In this document: one piece after another, positions 10,486 through 25,303 of the stretch
Numbering within the stretch: position 1 is the first letter of the stretch
How the letters are laid out: the number at the start of each line of letters is the position of its first letter
From: Paecilomyces variotii
Lineage: Eukaryota
Length of the DNA: 64,000 nt
Assembly (NCBI GenBank): GCA_004022145.1
Contig: RCNU01000001.1
Strand: one strand, 5' to 3'
Notes under the pieces: model-generated
Databases searched by the model: none
Told to the model about the DNA's origin: nothing
Seen by the model: only the letters and a program-made list of their open reading frames with translations
Made by a program: the position numbers and the translations under genes

Positions 10486-12442
10486 CTAGGCGCCCGTTCG
10501 CAGAGGATGAGCATTGGGGCCAGGCGATGTGGCAGAAACATCTGCAAAGGTCGATGCCCTCTTCCCCTTGGTTTTATCACCAACCCCATTCATCTTCGTG
10601 CCGGCATCAGGGAACTTCCGCGGATTGATCCATTCACCGCTGGTAACACTATCCTCACTGTCTCTGCGCGAGAGATTGGGAGTGACTCGGCCCAGCAGCA
10701 GACCACGAACCCCTCCCGCTTTGCGAAGCGGTATTTCAGCGCCCCCTGCAGTGAGCACGTAGAGCAGATATTTCAGATTGGGCAAAGTATGGCGAATGTC
10801 GAGTGGCCGTAGTCCACGGGCCGTCATAAGGAACTCGATATCCTTGTTGAGGAGGAAGACACCGTACTCGAACCGATAGTGAACGTTCACCGGATAGAGG
10901 GGGAAAGTCCGCTGTGGGAGAGCAACCGACACGGGGTCGTGAATAATCGACGCTGAGGAATAGGGCTTGAGGGGATAGGGAATAGGAGTAGATAGATAGA
11001 ACGACAGAAGAAATACCAAATGAGCCGTGAATCCGAGAGCCGCGGCGACCGACTCCCGGTCTATATCCCCAAAGGATGAATTGGGCAACGCGAGGCCAGC
11101 AATGGTAAAAGCGAGTGGCTTTCCCGGAATAGGCTCGATTGGATAGACTGAAAGAAGATCTTCACAGATACGGCGTATTTGGCCCTTGGATTCTTCTGTG
11201 TTCTTCTCCAGCAGACTTGCACTTGATGCGAGTTTCACTTGGGCATCAGGGAGATGGCTGCGTGTCCTATCCTGGCTCTCACGGCCAACAACCATTGCCT
11301 CTCTCCTCGCCTTTATACTAGCTACTAATTCTTCTTTGCGTTTGGTGGAACCACGGAGCTGCTTCTTCTCAGCTGCGACGGCGCGTTTCGTGAAGGAAAG
11401 GTGGTCTTGCGCTTGTGAAGCCTTGCTAAGGGAAGAGATTGCATGCTGGTTCTTCTCGAGGATCGTGTTGATCTGCGCCTCTAGCTTCTCCCTTGTCGCC
11501 AGCGCATCCTGAATACAGTCGTCCAGGTTCGCCAAGCGCATCAATGCATCATAGGAGGATGTCGGGTGGGCACTTTTCTGATGCCATTCCGACACCTTGG
11601 AGGTTCCAGGCCCTTGGACGGGAGGAAGATCTGTTAAATTCGTATACACCCCGTCGGCAAAGTGGAAGAGAATCGAATTGGGCGGGAGAGGCTGGTGAAA
11701 GCTGTCCAGCGATTTCCCCACGAATTGAAGAGACCGGAGACTCAGCTGTAGCTCGACCAGCAATGTATATTCACGCATCGCAGCCGTTTTCGCCCAGAGC
11801 TTTAATGTCATCTCATCCAATCGCGAGACAAGTGGTCCGCAGGTGTTTAGATCGAAAGACTGAAAGCTTGGATTCGTCGCTTTCTCAATCACCTCGCTGA
11901 TATACACCGGGCCTTCGACATTGTCGCAATGGATCGAAAACCACGTATCTGCCATCCTGCTCTGCATGATATCCCCGAGTTTTATCTGTCTAACCTCGGC
12001 ATTATCGCCACTCCAGGGGAGGGTACTTCGTCTTCGACTGCGCCGGGATTCATGCCGCGGATCTTCAGCATCATTGCCAGGCAGTTTGACAGGGTTCTTC
12101 AGGTCCGTAAAGGAGCGCGAATGCTGCAATGAGCGGCTTTCCGCTTTGGCCATTGCTTTCGCCGGCGACTGTAGGGTGTTCGGGATGTCATCGTCGTCAA
12201 TTGTCTTCCCACGAGACCGGTTGGATGGGGGGTCGATGACGAGATTACGAACCGAGACCCCCTGCAAGTGTCGCAGTCTGCGATTCTAGGGCAACAGTCC
12301 ATTATTAGGCGTACGTTCTATCAATATAATAGATAATAGATAATCAGGAAGCAAGCTGTACCGATGGGAAGAGCCATGGCCGCTGGCGCTGACTGCCCGC
12401 GACGTCGTTGGAACTGTCCGGGTTGTCTCTTGTAGACGACAT
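10486..12442 (-). CDS. VPS38: UVRAG/Vps38-like PI3K complex subunit (Atg14-type coiled coil)
   Basis: Exon 1 12442-12362 (MSSTRD...RPWLFPS), GT-AG intron 12361-12286, exon 2 12285-10486 (NRRLRHLQGVSVRNL...YISEVIEKATNPSF...AALGFTAHLV...FEYGVFLLNKDIEFL). Confidence 0.85.
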
Positions 12443-12854
12443 AGCGATCCTACTGCCCGTCGTCCGCGACACCAGTCATCATTTGAGGGGGCGATGGGCC
12501 CAGAATTATATAAGAATATGGCGATCAATTTAATATTATTATCATGAGGATAGAGGACGCCCGTTGTTGCGCGGAGTTGACACCAGTAGTCTTCATAAGC
12601 CGCCTTTGGGGGTTCAAGTTGACGCGGAGAGACCAGCGGACGCCCCGATTGGGACAACGTTCGAGCTCCGTCAAAAATTGATCCGAGCTTCGCATCCCAA
12701 CTTCGTCCATTTAAGTATCCATCTGCGGCACTTTGTCCACTTACTCCAACTCCCAACGACCGCCTCCGTCTCTTCACTTGTGGGCCTGCGATGCAATAAG
12801 GGATATCTCTGCAGAGGAGGGAATAAGTGCAGCGCACCGATATCACAGGCCGCA

Positions 12855-13963
12855 ATGGCCTCCGCACAGCCGATCCAGAGACCGATCCAAAAGATCCTGG
12901 ATCCGACAAAGATCGGAACCTGGAATATCGTCCGACGACCACCTATTGAGAATGGCAGTATCATCCAAGGGAAGCCGAGAGAACAGAGTTCGAATGCTTT
13001 CAAGACATTTCAATGGCAAGAAGGGGCACGGCTACGGAAGGCTCTGAATGCCCTCACTCACGGAAAGAACATTTTCGTGTACAACAACATCCGTACCAAC
13101 CAAGTGGTCTATTCCTTGACCCGATATCTGGAGGTAGGTCTTCGACTGTTAACACTGACGAGATATACATCGGATCCGATTTACTAATCAACATCTCCCA
13201 TCAATAGAAGAACAGTGTTCTCTCCCAGCTCGTATACCATGGCAAGAAGACCGTTCCCGCGACCCTCCGAAAAGACATGTGGGTTCCCTATTTCTCCGCA
13301 CATTTCAACGAGAAGAAGGTCGGTCTGCGAGCCTACCACCTTCTTCGCGAATTCTCCATGCAGCGCCAATTGGCCCCGCCGAGGGAGATGATCACGATCA
13401 CGGAGGAATTTCTCCAGCAGAAGCGACCGCGCGATCCTAACGAGGCCAAGAAGTTTGACGAGGAATACCAGGGCAAGCTTGGTTGGTTGATGGACAAGAA
13501 GCAGCGTGCCCGTGTCCTGATGGACCAGAAGGCCACCAGTGTCGCAGATCTGGCTGCGGTTCTCGCCATTCAGGAGGAGGAACTCAAGAACGGTTTCGCA
13601 GATGGAAAGAGAGGTTATCTCACGCGGACGGCGAGACAGCGCCGTCGCGCTGCCCGCGAGCAGGAGAATGAGCTGGCTGAGAAGCACGCCCAGCTGATTG
13701 CGAACTTCGAAAAGGCCATCAGCACCCCCGAGGTCGAGTACAAGATCCAGGAACCCCACGGCAACACGGAATACGACGTGCAGAACGATGAGGTCAAGGT
13801 TCTCTGGTACGATCTCCAGGATGCACGATACGCCGAATCATGGCCGGAGAGAGTCAGACACGGCGAGCTGGAGCTCACCCGTCAGCATGTTATTCCCGGA
13901 CAGAAGCTGTTCGACCTGGACGTGCTGGCCGATCACGCTTTTGAGGAGAAGAAGCAGGCATAA
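12855..13963 (+). CDS. MHR1: Mhr1 / mitoribosomal protein mL67 family
   Basis: Exons 12855-13133 and 13208-13963. HGKNIFVYNNIRTNQVVYSL...HGKKTVPATLRKDMW...LREF...LMDQKATSVADLAAVL...VLW.D..DA.YAESWP motifs. Confidence 0.88.
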
Positions 13964-14775
13964 ATGCCTACATTTTTTCATTTAAATGATCTCACGCTGT
14001 TCCGTGAAACGCACAGCTGAGATGAACCTGGCACGCGTCTACTCCTATAATGCCATATCCTCTTTCTCGCACCCCTTTCTGGCGGATCAAAAAAGAAAAC
14101 CGGAGTTTAGGCAACCCCGCTTCCATATTCCTTTTTCTGAACCTGTATTCCAATCTGCATTTTATACAACTTGTACATCTAGACGTCCTTACGTGTCGAC
14201 TTTAGAAATGACAAAACCCAATTCATTCAAATTTACTCGGAAAAGAAGCACTTTACCCATTTTCCTGGTATTTGAATATTGAGCTTATGGTTAAGGAGGG
14301 TAAATCACGGAAGAAGAAAAAAAAGGCGACCATGATATACCGTACATAAGTCCGATTGGAAACTGGTAAATAAAAATTGGATAGAGTTCAACAATGCTGC
14401 AGCAACAGGCCAGCAGGAAGGCTTTGAAGAGCAAAAGAGCCATGATGTGATAGCGCTGCGAATAACTGAGCTGGAGACGGACATAACGGGACTGGCTCGT
14501 CCATAGAACAGGGAGCAAGAACAAGAGGAAAAAGAAAAAGAAAAAAAGACCATCGAACCGAGTCGGAAAGGGGAATAAATATCCATGTCAGAGTTTGTCT
14601 TGGCTCGTGTCTGATCAATGGATGCGCTTTGACGCGTGGAAAGAGAAGTAAATCAAAAGTCGCCTAAGTAAACACCGCCCACCTGCCCCGGTCATACTCA
14701 AGTTACAAAGTAAATCAAAGGATCTCTATTGTCATTTGAAATATAAGTTGCTGGTCCCTCCAGGGATAGAAAGAA

Positions 14776-16568
14776 CTAGGAGTTCTTGTCGTTATCGTCA
14801 TTTATTTTGGCCTTGTTCTCCACGTCCAGCTCTTCAATATCGGGTCCTTCTGTGATCGCGGCCAACTCGGGGCCAAGTTCTTCGTTCGAAGATTGTTTGA
14901 CAGCTTCTTCCTTAAGCTTATCATTGAGACTCGGATCCACACCTCCCATATCGGCCTTGGCTATACTCTTTCTGACTCCCTCGACAATCTTGTCGGCCTC
15001 GCTGATTCCGCCCTTCTTCAGCGTGGAGGGATCGCCCTGTACACCAATTGGTTCGATCCGCCGCTCGACCACGTCTTTAACACGAGCCGGATCAAAGCGT
15101 ATGACCATACACGAAAGGTTGTCCGTACTAAAGCGTGAGAGCGCATGGTCAACGAGGATCCTGGAGGCCTCCTGTGGATCTTGGACGTTGCGAATGAGAT
15201 CGACAGCTTCCTGATCGCTACAGACATCCCAAAGCTACATATATTGATCAGCATCGATAGTCCTAGTTGGCCAGTGAGGTTTGAGTAACTGATGAGACTT
15301 ACACCATCGCATGCCAATATTAGAAATTCATCCACATCCGGCTGGATGACTGTTTCTGTAGTGTATGGATGACCGGTGACGAGATCTTTCAAGTAGGCAT
15401 CACCAAGCGCCCTCGTCACGGCTAGGACGCCGTTGACTCGGTTATTAAGTATCAGACCGCCCGCGTTGGCGATCCGTTTCCCTTCGTTTTCATCACTGCC
15501 CTTATGGTCATAAGATAAGCGAAGAGCCTTGCCGTTCCGGCACAAGACTATGCGTGCATCACCGACATTAGCTGTATAAAGGACGCGCTGGCGAGTGGCA
15601 TTCTCCTGCATCTTGGACAGAAGCGCGTTCGAGCTAGCATTCGAGGTCGCCTGCGTCGGAGTCTCTGCGTTGTCTGTTTCTCCATCGGATCTATTGGAGC
15701 CAGAAACAGCCGCCGCTATCGCGGTAGAGCCAGTTGCAGACTGAGAGCTCGGGATTCGATCCTCCCATCTCAGAACTGCGGCTACAGCAGTACATCCGCT
15801 ATTTTTCAACGGTAGTTTTTCCAACTGCTGATCGACGCTAGTAAACGTCTGATCAAGAAGCTCGGGCACGGGAGTGTTTGGGTTTTTCCGCATTATGTCT
15901 TCAAGGATCAGATGTAGCTTCTTCCCGCACCATTCTGCCGCGAATGTTCCTGCGTGACCATCGAAGATAGCGAAGTACCCATTGTCCGTCTCGACGACAT
16001 GCGTTGATTCATCCGAATCGGTTGGGTTGTCCGCAGAATCGGGGGAATCCTTGCTGTTGAGAGAAGAAGCCTCCAGCTGACCGGAGGGAGCTGGCGTCCC
16101 CAGGAAGTTGTACAGATACGCGTGCGTATCCTCCATTGTTCTCCGACATTTTCGATTTCGATCTTCCGTGACTCCGACTCGGAATGAGGACCGCGCTGTT
16201 GGCAACGACTCTCCAGCTGAGTTATTCAGCGGACCCTGCGGGACGCTTAGTGCGGGGTCCATCTTCCCCAGCTTCTGTAGAGGGGTCTGAGGAGACTGAG
16301 CTACGGCGTTCGCCTGGTCGCGTGAGCTGTACAGGTGTAACGAGTTCTTGGCGTTGCTGAAGAACGATGCTGCCTTTGCCACGCTACTCCTGCGCTTCTT
16401 GTCTGCGTCCGCGCTCTGCTCTTCGCTGTTCTTTCTCGCAAACGGGTTCCTCCTCTCGCGTCCAGCGCTCGTGTCTTCGGTGTTGATGGTCAGGGAACCA
16501 GGGCTAGTCGGACTGGTTCCGAATGAATCAGGTTTGTCTTTGGGCGGGCTCGATGAGCCACCGAACAT
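14776..16568 (-). CDS. PTC1: Protein phosphatase 2C, Ptc1-like
   Basis: [36 protein letters not shown] and [12 protein letters not shown] motifs. Intron 15302-15235; last exon 15234-14776. Confidence 0.93.
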
Positions 16569-18510
16569 TCTGTTCAGGAACCCGCCCTGAGTAGAGAAAC
16601 TCCTCCGTTTAGTCCCTGCCAGCTTGATTGTTGTCCGACAACCGGGATAGACACGAGGTAATGTGAAGAGTAGCGTCGAACCGGCTGAACCGGGGGAACG
16701 GGAATGATTGGATTTCAGTAGCTGTTGGAGCTGGGGCTCGCTCCGTGGCTATAGTAACGAGACGCCGTGTAGACAAAGTCGAGGGACGAAAGCGGCTATA
16801 AGACTATTGTAAATGGTGTCAACCGACAATTCGACGTTCAGAATGGTCAAGGGGTCTGTAGCTTCAAAGGATACGCTGGCATTGTCCGGAAGCCGGATGA
16901 TCACGTCGAGCAGCGTCCGTGTAGGGACAGGGCGTACAGCTTTCGTTTCGCGGGCCGGCAGCCTCCGGCCGGTGGGAGCGGAAAGAGAACGTACCTTTAG
17001 AATCGAGTACTATACTAGGTAGTATATGGAAGACGGGAGAGGGAGATAAGTGCGTTCGATGGTGGTGATAGCAGGTTGGGTCTGGTCTGGCCGGTTCAGG
17101 AAGACTCCCACAGCGCCAGGTCTTGCGAGGCGTAAGTTAAGTACTCCGTATTATTACAATCCGGATTCCACGGGCAGAACAGCGCAGCGCGGAGGCCAAG
17201 GTTCAGGAGAGGTGGGAGGGTGGGAGAAGTTCAGACAAGAAGGAAACCCAAACCCCTGGCAGATGAAGAACAGGGCGGATAGTTGACTATGATTATGGTA
17301 TTATGGACGAGAGGAGACGTGGAGAGGCACTATCGATCTGGGCAACCCGAGTATCGGGGTGGGCGGTGCAAGTGACGCCCGTCGCAGCACGTTGAGAGCC
17401 TCCTGAGGGTCGAACGCGGCGGGGAGGAGCCCGGAGCCAAGAAAAGGCCAGGACTAAAGTAGTGACGGAAATCTGAGGAAGTCGAGTAGTAAGTTACTAG
17501 AGTATTTAATAATAATCATAATAATACTAAATAATAATAATAATAATACATGATGACTGTAACTACTACTCTGTACATAATTAACTAGTTCACTAGTTAT
17601 CTAGTCCCGGGCGGACAATGAGATCTCCAGCGCATCCTGGTGGAGCATCATCTGCCTGCAGGCTAAAGCTAAGACAACGCCTCATTATTATTTACTGCAG
17701 AGAATAAGGCAGTCCTCTATGAATCTATCTCTCGATCGAGTTAATAGTCCTTCCACGCCATCCCGCGCTGACGTGCCAGTGTCGCACTGTCATAGTAACT
17801 AAGAATACTACCACATACATACCTAGCCTATCGATTTAGCGGCCCTGAGCGTACCTCCAGACTCCAGAGTCCAGCGGAGCGGAGATCGTGCATGCATAAA
17901 TAATAACTACTAACTCCTCTCCAAGTTTTTTTTTTCCTACTAACTACTCTAAACAAGCGGGGTTCGAGAGCACATCTCACTGGTATTCTGGACTCTGGAC
18001 TCTGGCTGCTCCGCACGCAGATGATGGAATAGCCGACTCGGCCACTCTGACAGGAAGGTTATCCAGGGCGCATTCGAATTGATTTTCCTCAGCTTGCGCA
18101 TATCAGGACATGAAACCTAGGTGTGACCTCACAGCATGATAGTACGGCATATCAATGCTGGATCCCTCTCACAAAGCGCATCATAGCCTTTGATGCCTGG
18201 TTTTCGGGCTTTTCCGCCCACAGTTCACTCGGATGGTCTCTGGTGCACATCAGGTCTCCCTATTAGCATCGAAGTTCTTATCTACGCCGTACAGGCTGTT
18301 ATAGAAGAGGCTCGATCTGTCCACGGGCATAAAAGTCCAGGGTATCTGCCCGAGTCGCTTTCTCGTTCAACGAATTGAGGTGCTTGGTATACGTATATCA
18401 CATGCAGACCGGGGACAGCGAACTCCAGGAACACCGGGGTCGTAAAACAGAAAGCAATGCCATCGAGAAAAAAAAAAAAAAAGAACCAAAGAACCCATCG
18501 TCCAGTCAAA

Positions 18511-19431
18511 TCATCGTCGAAGGCTGTCCAATCTAGCCTGAAGATCGTCGTCGTCGGTGCTGCCGCCGCCGCCACCCACGGCTTGAGCCACTCTTGCTTC
18601 GCTGGCGGAGGCCTTCTGAAGCCCTGAGGGGGTTTCTCCCATCTAAATGAGATAGCTTAGCTGTTTGTCCCAAATCTACTCGTAGCATCGTGCGCGAAAG
18701 GAAGCAACATACCGCTTGGTTGAGGTCAACTCCAATCTCGTCTAGGACCTCCTTAACAACCTCTTCACCTTCCTCTTCATCCTCCAATCCAGTAACGTCA
18801 TCAATAGCATCGTCCATCATTTCTTGGCGTTGGTCCATAATGTCGTTTTCTCTTTCGAACTCCATCGCTATCCGTTGGAGGGCGGGAAGATTCATCTGAC
18901 GGTTCATGCTTCCCAGAAGCATGGTGGCCCCTTTCATCGACTGCATCATCTGCTCGTTGCTTCGAACAGTCTGTCTTATGGTGAGTGATGGAGAAACATT
19001 AAATGCCATTGAATTGGGATGGTGCGTACCTGAATGCGTAGCGAAATCGCTTGTAGCTGGGTTCGCATCGAGTAGAATTTCTGGATATATCTAGAGACGG
19101 ATATCCGTCAGCGAACAGTGGATATAATCATCACCAAGCCCTTCTGATAGACGTACCGTCTAGTCCTCACGAGATCCTTGGCTTGGATCTTGCAGGCGCC
19201 CATCTGTCCGTTTTTGGCGCTCTTCTTGATGTCCTGCACCAGCTTCTTTTCCTGATTCTCCAGCTTGATCCGCTCTCGGTCCAGCTCCCGCTGGGTGCGC
19301 TCAAGCGCTCTCTGATGTTTTCGCAGACGCTCTGCCGGCGTCATGCGCTTTCCAAAGGCCCATTCGACGATCTAGGCAACTCCGTAAGTAAGCGGGATGA
19401 CAATAGCAGGAGGGGAGTTGGTTACATTCAT
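18511..19431 (-). CDS. VPS2: ESCRT-III subunit Vps2/Did4
   Basis: 6-nt first exon (MN), then IVEWAFGKRMTPAERLRKHQRAL...AKDLVRTRRY...QAISLRIQTVRSN...DDLQARLDSLRR*. Four GT-AG introns. Confidence 0.95.
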
Positions 19432-19769
19432 GGCGGCGGCAAAGGTATAATCGTCCTGGACTACCTTGCCTGCAAGCAAGAGCGACAGTGTCTCTTGACG
19501 GACGATGGAACAGCTGCACGCTGATCGAGATAGCCTCTCTGTGACATCAAACGGCTGGTAGATAGAGTCGATGAAGCCAAGAGCGACCACACCCGATTGG
19601 GCCTAGGTGTCGGAGCATGCGATCACCGCGAAATTTCCATGGGACTGACGCCTCCTGCTTCAGACAATCACTAAGCAGCTTTGCCGCGAGCCCCGAGAGT
19701 CAGCGTTGTTTCTCTTTTTCATGGAGACGCGAGCTGTGTAACGTTCGCCCAGCGCATGAATTTCTCATC

Positions 19770-22734
19770 ATGAGTCAAGAATATTTCCCCAACAGGGCTG
19801 GTTCCTCTGCCGGCGAGGGGTCGTCGCGATCCGTCCGCGATGAGACGCCTCCCCGGAATCCTTTTCTGCCGCCGGAATATATGACGGTTGGCAATGGAAC
19901 GACCTCAGAACACGCTACGGCTTTGATGGCGTCTCTGAATCAGGATTCTGGATACGGTGGCAGCATTGCTGGAGACAGCGCATCGGATGAACAGATTCGC
20001 GAAGGATGGCGTGCAGGATTGATGGAAGACCGCCCGACCCCGATGCATACGCCTACTTTCCCCGGAGACTCAAGCGCTGCCGGTAGGTGTTGCAAATCTG
20101 CTCGTCGAGATTCAGACGGAGACTGATGTTCCATGTTGGTAGGCGATCATGAACGACACGTTGTTGCGAGTCACGTCCATCAACTACTCTAGTATGCCGT
20201 CTCCTGACAGTCCGCCAGATTTCCGGTACTGACAATAACCCAGCAATTCGAACCGCACCAAGCTGTCCAGGTCCATCACCCGCACAATTGAAACGTTGAA
20301 GGAGTTACAGGAGATGAACCGCCAATGGCCGGCACACTATCCGTCTGTTCAAGGGAGTCCTGAGAGACCGGCGCTGCAGCATACGCAATCCCTCGTCCAT
20401 TTGGAGGATGAAGCCAATCTTCCGCCACGTCCGGGCCCAATCAAACGGGCGGCAACCTCGTTGGAAGATGGTGAATCTAGCGCAGCTGCTGAACGCCGCG
20501 CGCCTCCGGAGCCCAGATTGATGACGCCTCAGATTGCTCAGGAATTCTCCATTCTAAAGCTAGACCTGAAGCTGGGAGCATTGTCGCAAGCTGAACTGGT
20601 ACATTCGCTGGAAAAGGCGTCGATTGCGTCGTTGCTCGATGGGAAGATCAGCCAAAGTATCAAGCACCTCCTATCATTGCGGGATCGGATCGAGGACATC
20701 TCCAGCAAAGTCCTTGTCACCGGTGATCTGAACGCGGGTAAATCCACATTCTGTAACGCTCTGCTTCGTCGCAAGATCTTGCCTGAGGACCAGCAGCCAT
20801 GTACCAGCATCTTCTGCGAAGTCCTCGATGCCAGGGAGAATGGAGGGATCGAGGAAGTCCACGCCGTGCACAAGGACCGACAGTATAACAGAAACGATGA
20901 GAGTACATACGACGTATACTCGCTGCTGGAACTCGAAAATATTGTCATTGACAACACGAAATACATGCAGTGCAAAGTCTACGTCAAAGATGTGCGCTCT
21001 ATCGATGAATCGCTGCTTAATAACGGAGTGGTCGATATCGCTCTTATCGATGCGCCTGGCCTGAATTCTGATTCCCTGAAGACTACCGCTGTGTTTGCAC
21101 GACAGGAGGAGATTGATGTTGTCGTCTTCGTGGTTTCAGCTGCTAATCACTTCACCCTGTCCGCGAAGGAATTCATCATGAACGCAGCCCATGAGAAAGC
21201 GTACATGTTTATGGTGGTCAACGGATTTGATAATATCAGGGACAAGCAACGATGTGAGCGAATGATCTTGGACCAGGTCGCTAAACTTAGTCCTCGCACG
21301 TACAAGGAATCTGCGGAGCTTGTCCATTTCGTTTCCAGCAATGCCATTCCCGTGGCACCTACGATCCCAGTTGGAGGTTCTGGTTCCGGAAGTGGTGGAC
21401 CTGGCGGTGGATCAGACCCTTCCGACGATGGTCCAGGAGATGACGGCGACGATGACGACAAGGGAAAGGCTGTCGATAAAGGGAAGGGAAAAGAGAGAGA
21501 AAAGATTCAGGATTTCGAAAATCTAGAGAGTGCTCTACGTCGATTCGTCTTGGAAAAGCGGGCTCGCTCGAAGCTGGCGCCTGCAAAAACTTATCTGATG
21601 AATGTATTGTCTGATCTCAACTCATTGGCTTCTGTCAACCGTGACGTCGCACAGGCGGAGCTGCAACGAGTCACAAAGGAACTGGAGGAGCTGGAGCCAG
21701 CATACGAGGATGGCAAGAAAAAAAAAATAGCGGTGGCGGATGATGTCGAGAAACGCATTGAAGAATCATGCGAGGATGTTTACGACCACACTCGCTCCAA
21801 GCTTACGACCACAATCTCTCACGTTGCCGAAGCTGATCTTGGGGTTGAATACCCCGGTCTTTTCTCCGTCTTCCAATACGCGGAGGATCTCAAGCTCGCC
21901 ATGTTGGATCAAATATCCATGTCAGTGTCCGACTGTGAGAACTACGCTCGTGCAAAGACCGTGCAGGGTGTCAACTTCATTCAGAACATTGGCCTGCTGC
22001 ATGTAGGCGAGGACAAGTTCCCACCCCTGAATTTCAGAGCTGACCTTATGTTCCGTCGCGGCCGTCGTCATACCTTCGCTCGTCAAGTAGACACCGAGGT
22101 GGAGCTGTTGGATTTCTTTGATATTGCCAGTCTCTGGGAACGTCAGGAAAAGGTCGCTGGAACGGGAATGGCTATGACCCTTGTTACCGTTGTCGGGGGT
22201 AGAGCATTTGGAGGCGCGGGTTGGATCGACGGTCTCTTCGGCGCTGCGAGAATCCTCGGATCTAACAATTTGCGTCGCATGTTTTTCCCAGGTGTTATCG
22301 CCGCAGGTAAGTACAAAGTCTACTTTTCTTTGCATTGGTCTTATCGGCACACATACTAACTTCTGCCTTTAGTCGTATTGACTGCCGCCTATGTTCTCTC
22401 CTCAATCCCAACCACTCTTCCTCCACGTCTCTCCAAGAAGCTGGCCGCCAGGTTGGCTGAGATTGACTACACACACACCAATGCGTCTAGAATCTCGGCA
22501 GAAGTCCGCCGCATGCTCCGTATACCGGCAGTTAACCTCCAGACTGCCCTGGCTCAGGATATTGAAGACCTGGGCAGGCGCAAGGATGAGGTCACGAAAG
22601 TTAAGCGGGAGAGCGAGGTTGCGAGCAAATACTTTGCCAATCTCTTCCGTGACAGTGGGGAGAACCGAAGAAGTGTCGAGCAGATCGACCTTGAGGCTCC
22701 ATTGCCTGGTGCTATGGCCGGCTATGGGGCGTAA
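19770..22734 (+). CDS. FZO1: Mitofusin, transmembrane GTPase Fzo1
   Basis: P-loop GDLNAGKSTFCNALL, LPEDQQPCT and LIDAPGLN. Introns 20083-20142, 20192-20243 and 22307-22371; C-terminal TM and coiled coil. Confidence 0.95.
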
Positions 22735-23975
22735 AGCTCAACTCATCATCCACACTGATATATGTATTTACTGTACGATTTGATCCCGGGGACTGGCGCG
22801 ACTGGATTGCACCTCTGCGTTCCTATGATGTTTTCTTCTCTATTCCCCCTTTCCTTTATTCATACAATTTCTCCCCACATCACCCTGACCTTCACTGTTA
22901 CCCTCTGATGCAGACCAATTATTGTGGTCTTGACTCTCCTATTGTTTACAGCGGCGCATATGGGTACTCCAGATGGAACTCTCGAAACGCCATGATATAC
23001 CATAAATACATTTCAGGCAGCTCGCCTTACCACTATCCCAATGTATCTACATAACCTGGTCATCAGGCAACGTCATATAGTTTTCTCTGAAGGTTCTATC
23101 TGTTCTTAGTAGGATCCGAGGCGCCGTCATTCTCTTTTGTCGTCCAACTGGATTCCCAGCCAGGAACGAGGTATCTAGAGCTGAGCACTTAACAATCCTC
23201 CGTTGTATATGGAACCAAACTAGAAGAGATAACCAACTATATATATTTTCTGGACAGGGGTCATATATCATCAGTGTCAAAGTGCGTTTCCTCGTAGTAA
23301 AGATAAAGATATGACAGATGCTCTATGCATAAAGCGAAGATAACCAATAACAGTAGCCAAATCAGTGCGGCGTGAATGAAAAAATAGTATTCCTTGTTCC
23401 CCGGACCGCTCTGTCTTGATGGTACTTTTGACATTTCGTCAGCTCATCTTGCATTGACTTGATTCGACTCGACTCGACTCACGTACTATGTTACTGTCTT
23501 GATCTTGTCGATTTTATTGAACGAAAGAAAGAAAAAGCAAGAAATCTCTTATTCACGAAGTTAGTTGGCCATATCACATCTCAGCTTCTGCGCGGTCTGC
23601 TGGGAAGTCGCTCACCCGGTCCTTCACTAGTTAGCAGTTACTTTCATCTCCGCCTCCCCTCTCAGCTAATCTAGTTGCTTCACTCCGAGGGTATTTAATG
23701 GCTTTTATATTTACGGAAATGTAGCTAGCTCTACGTAGCTCCCTTAGGATTATAAATACAGTGATCTTTCTTGCACTTCTGTGATTGAGTTTTGTTCCTT
23801 CTTCTACAGAGAGTGCCTATCTTTTACCTATATAGTCTTTCCTTCCCATTGAACTTTATATAGAATCCTTCTTATATTTTTTTATGGCTTAGGAACCTCT
23901 TTATTTCTCTCTGTGTTCATCTCTATTGTGAGAGAAAAGCTAACTTTATTTCCACAGAGGAAAGGAGAAGCAAAA

Positions 23976-24433
23976 ATATATTTCAATACGTCGGACTTTC
24001 TCAGCACACTTGGCTCACTGATGGTCTCTCTCTTCGCCAAGAACTGGCTTGCATTCTTCCTTGTCTTATCTCTAAATGGCTCTGGCCCGCTAATTGGGAG
24101 AAGAAGTGGGAGGCTTAGGAGAAGGCAAAAGAGGCCAGGTCGGATACCGAGGGCCATTAAATGACCAAGATAATGCTGATGCCGACCCCAGAAGATCTAA
24201 AGGAGATACTGTCACAACTGAACAATTTCAGGTTGGGATTGGAATCATGGCAAGATACACTCCTATGCCGAGAGGGAGAGCGCATTGATAGGAAGCTCTT
24301 GAACATTTATCGGTATCACTTCGTTGATCAACACGGATTCACGGAAAGAAGACTAGCTTTCACTTTGATCAATGAAGAAGCCCGCAGTCATGATATCAAC
24401 CGGCACTCAGACAAGCGAGGATATATCTCCTGA
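23976..24433 (+). pseudogene. Disrupted paralog of the orphan gene at 27579-28055
   Basis: IYFNTSDFLSTLGSLMVSLFAKNWLAFF / KWLWPANWEKKWEA*EKAKEARSDTEGH*...PTPEDLKEILSQL aligns with MPFNWSDFASTLVSLVVTLWVKDWLQFF..WLRPTAWAERWQAQQMANEARSDTEGH..PTSKDMKDLLTQL. ATA replaces ATG; one frameshift near 24070 and two stops. Confidence 0.8.
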
Positions 24434-25303
24434 ACTGCCCCTGGGGAACCCTGTCCCAAGCGAACCCTCATACGCTAACCCCCATACGCCCGCCGTTATG
24501 AGGGGCTCAGAAGGTGCCTGGGCTCGCTAAGCACCGGTCGTTTCGGAGGTAAGGCCTTGACAACGGTCTTCTGAGTGATAAAGAATCTGAGATCAGAACG
24601 CAGGAACAGGAATCGCTTGCCGATGAATAGTGCAAGTACGATAAGTTCCAGCAAGCCATCCAGGTAGACGCGGTCATGTATATGTTCAAAGTTTGCATGC
24701 GGCCAGATAACCACTGGCATCTGATCGCCTTTCCGCGCATCTGAAGTGACAAGAACAGCTGGAGAGCAGGATGAAGGCGCATCTCCGCTCTTCTCTGCGA
24801 GAGCCAGAAAGACGATCACCTAACTTGTTATAGTTGTTCCTGGCAATTACTACGTCCTTCTGTTTTTAGCTTTTCAGAAACTCTGCCTCTTTTGTTGTTT
24901 GTGCTAATGAATTTCTCCTGGTAGTATCGTGGCCTCCTATAACCCTGGGTGAGCTTTTTGGGCCGTACATCACAGCAGGCAGATATGCAAACACAACTTT
25001 TTATTTGTCTTTGAACAGGTTGCGAGCATTGGCGAGAGAGAAGATATTAGCGATGGGCTTTACTCCCGCCTAGCTCTTGCTGGCGATTAGCAACCTTGCC
25101 CTTCTGGGTAACTGGCTCTCCGTTCTGACTCCGTATTTTGACTTTACGGTAGGCCTAACCGGGGATTCTATGATCAGTTAATAATTAAACTCCGATGCTG
25201 ATATCTCCAGGATTCCCAAACCTTCGAGGAAATGTGATATGTTGAGACAGCAGGAGATATTTGTTGTACAGTACAATAGTCGGAGATTTCTTTGGTTTTT
25301 GTA

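Noticed and set aside
17505-17610. (AAT)n tract and ACTAGT palindromes upstream of PTC1
   Set aside because: Ordinary low-complexity intergenic sequence, unrelated to the transposon palindrome.
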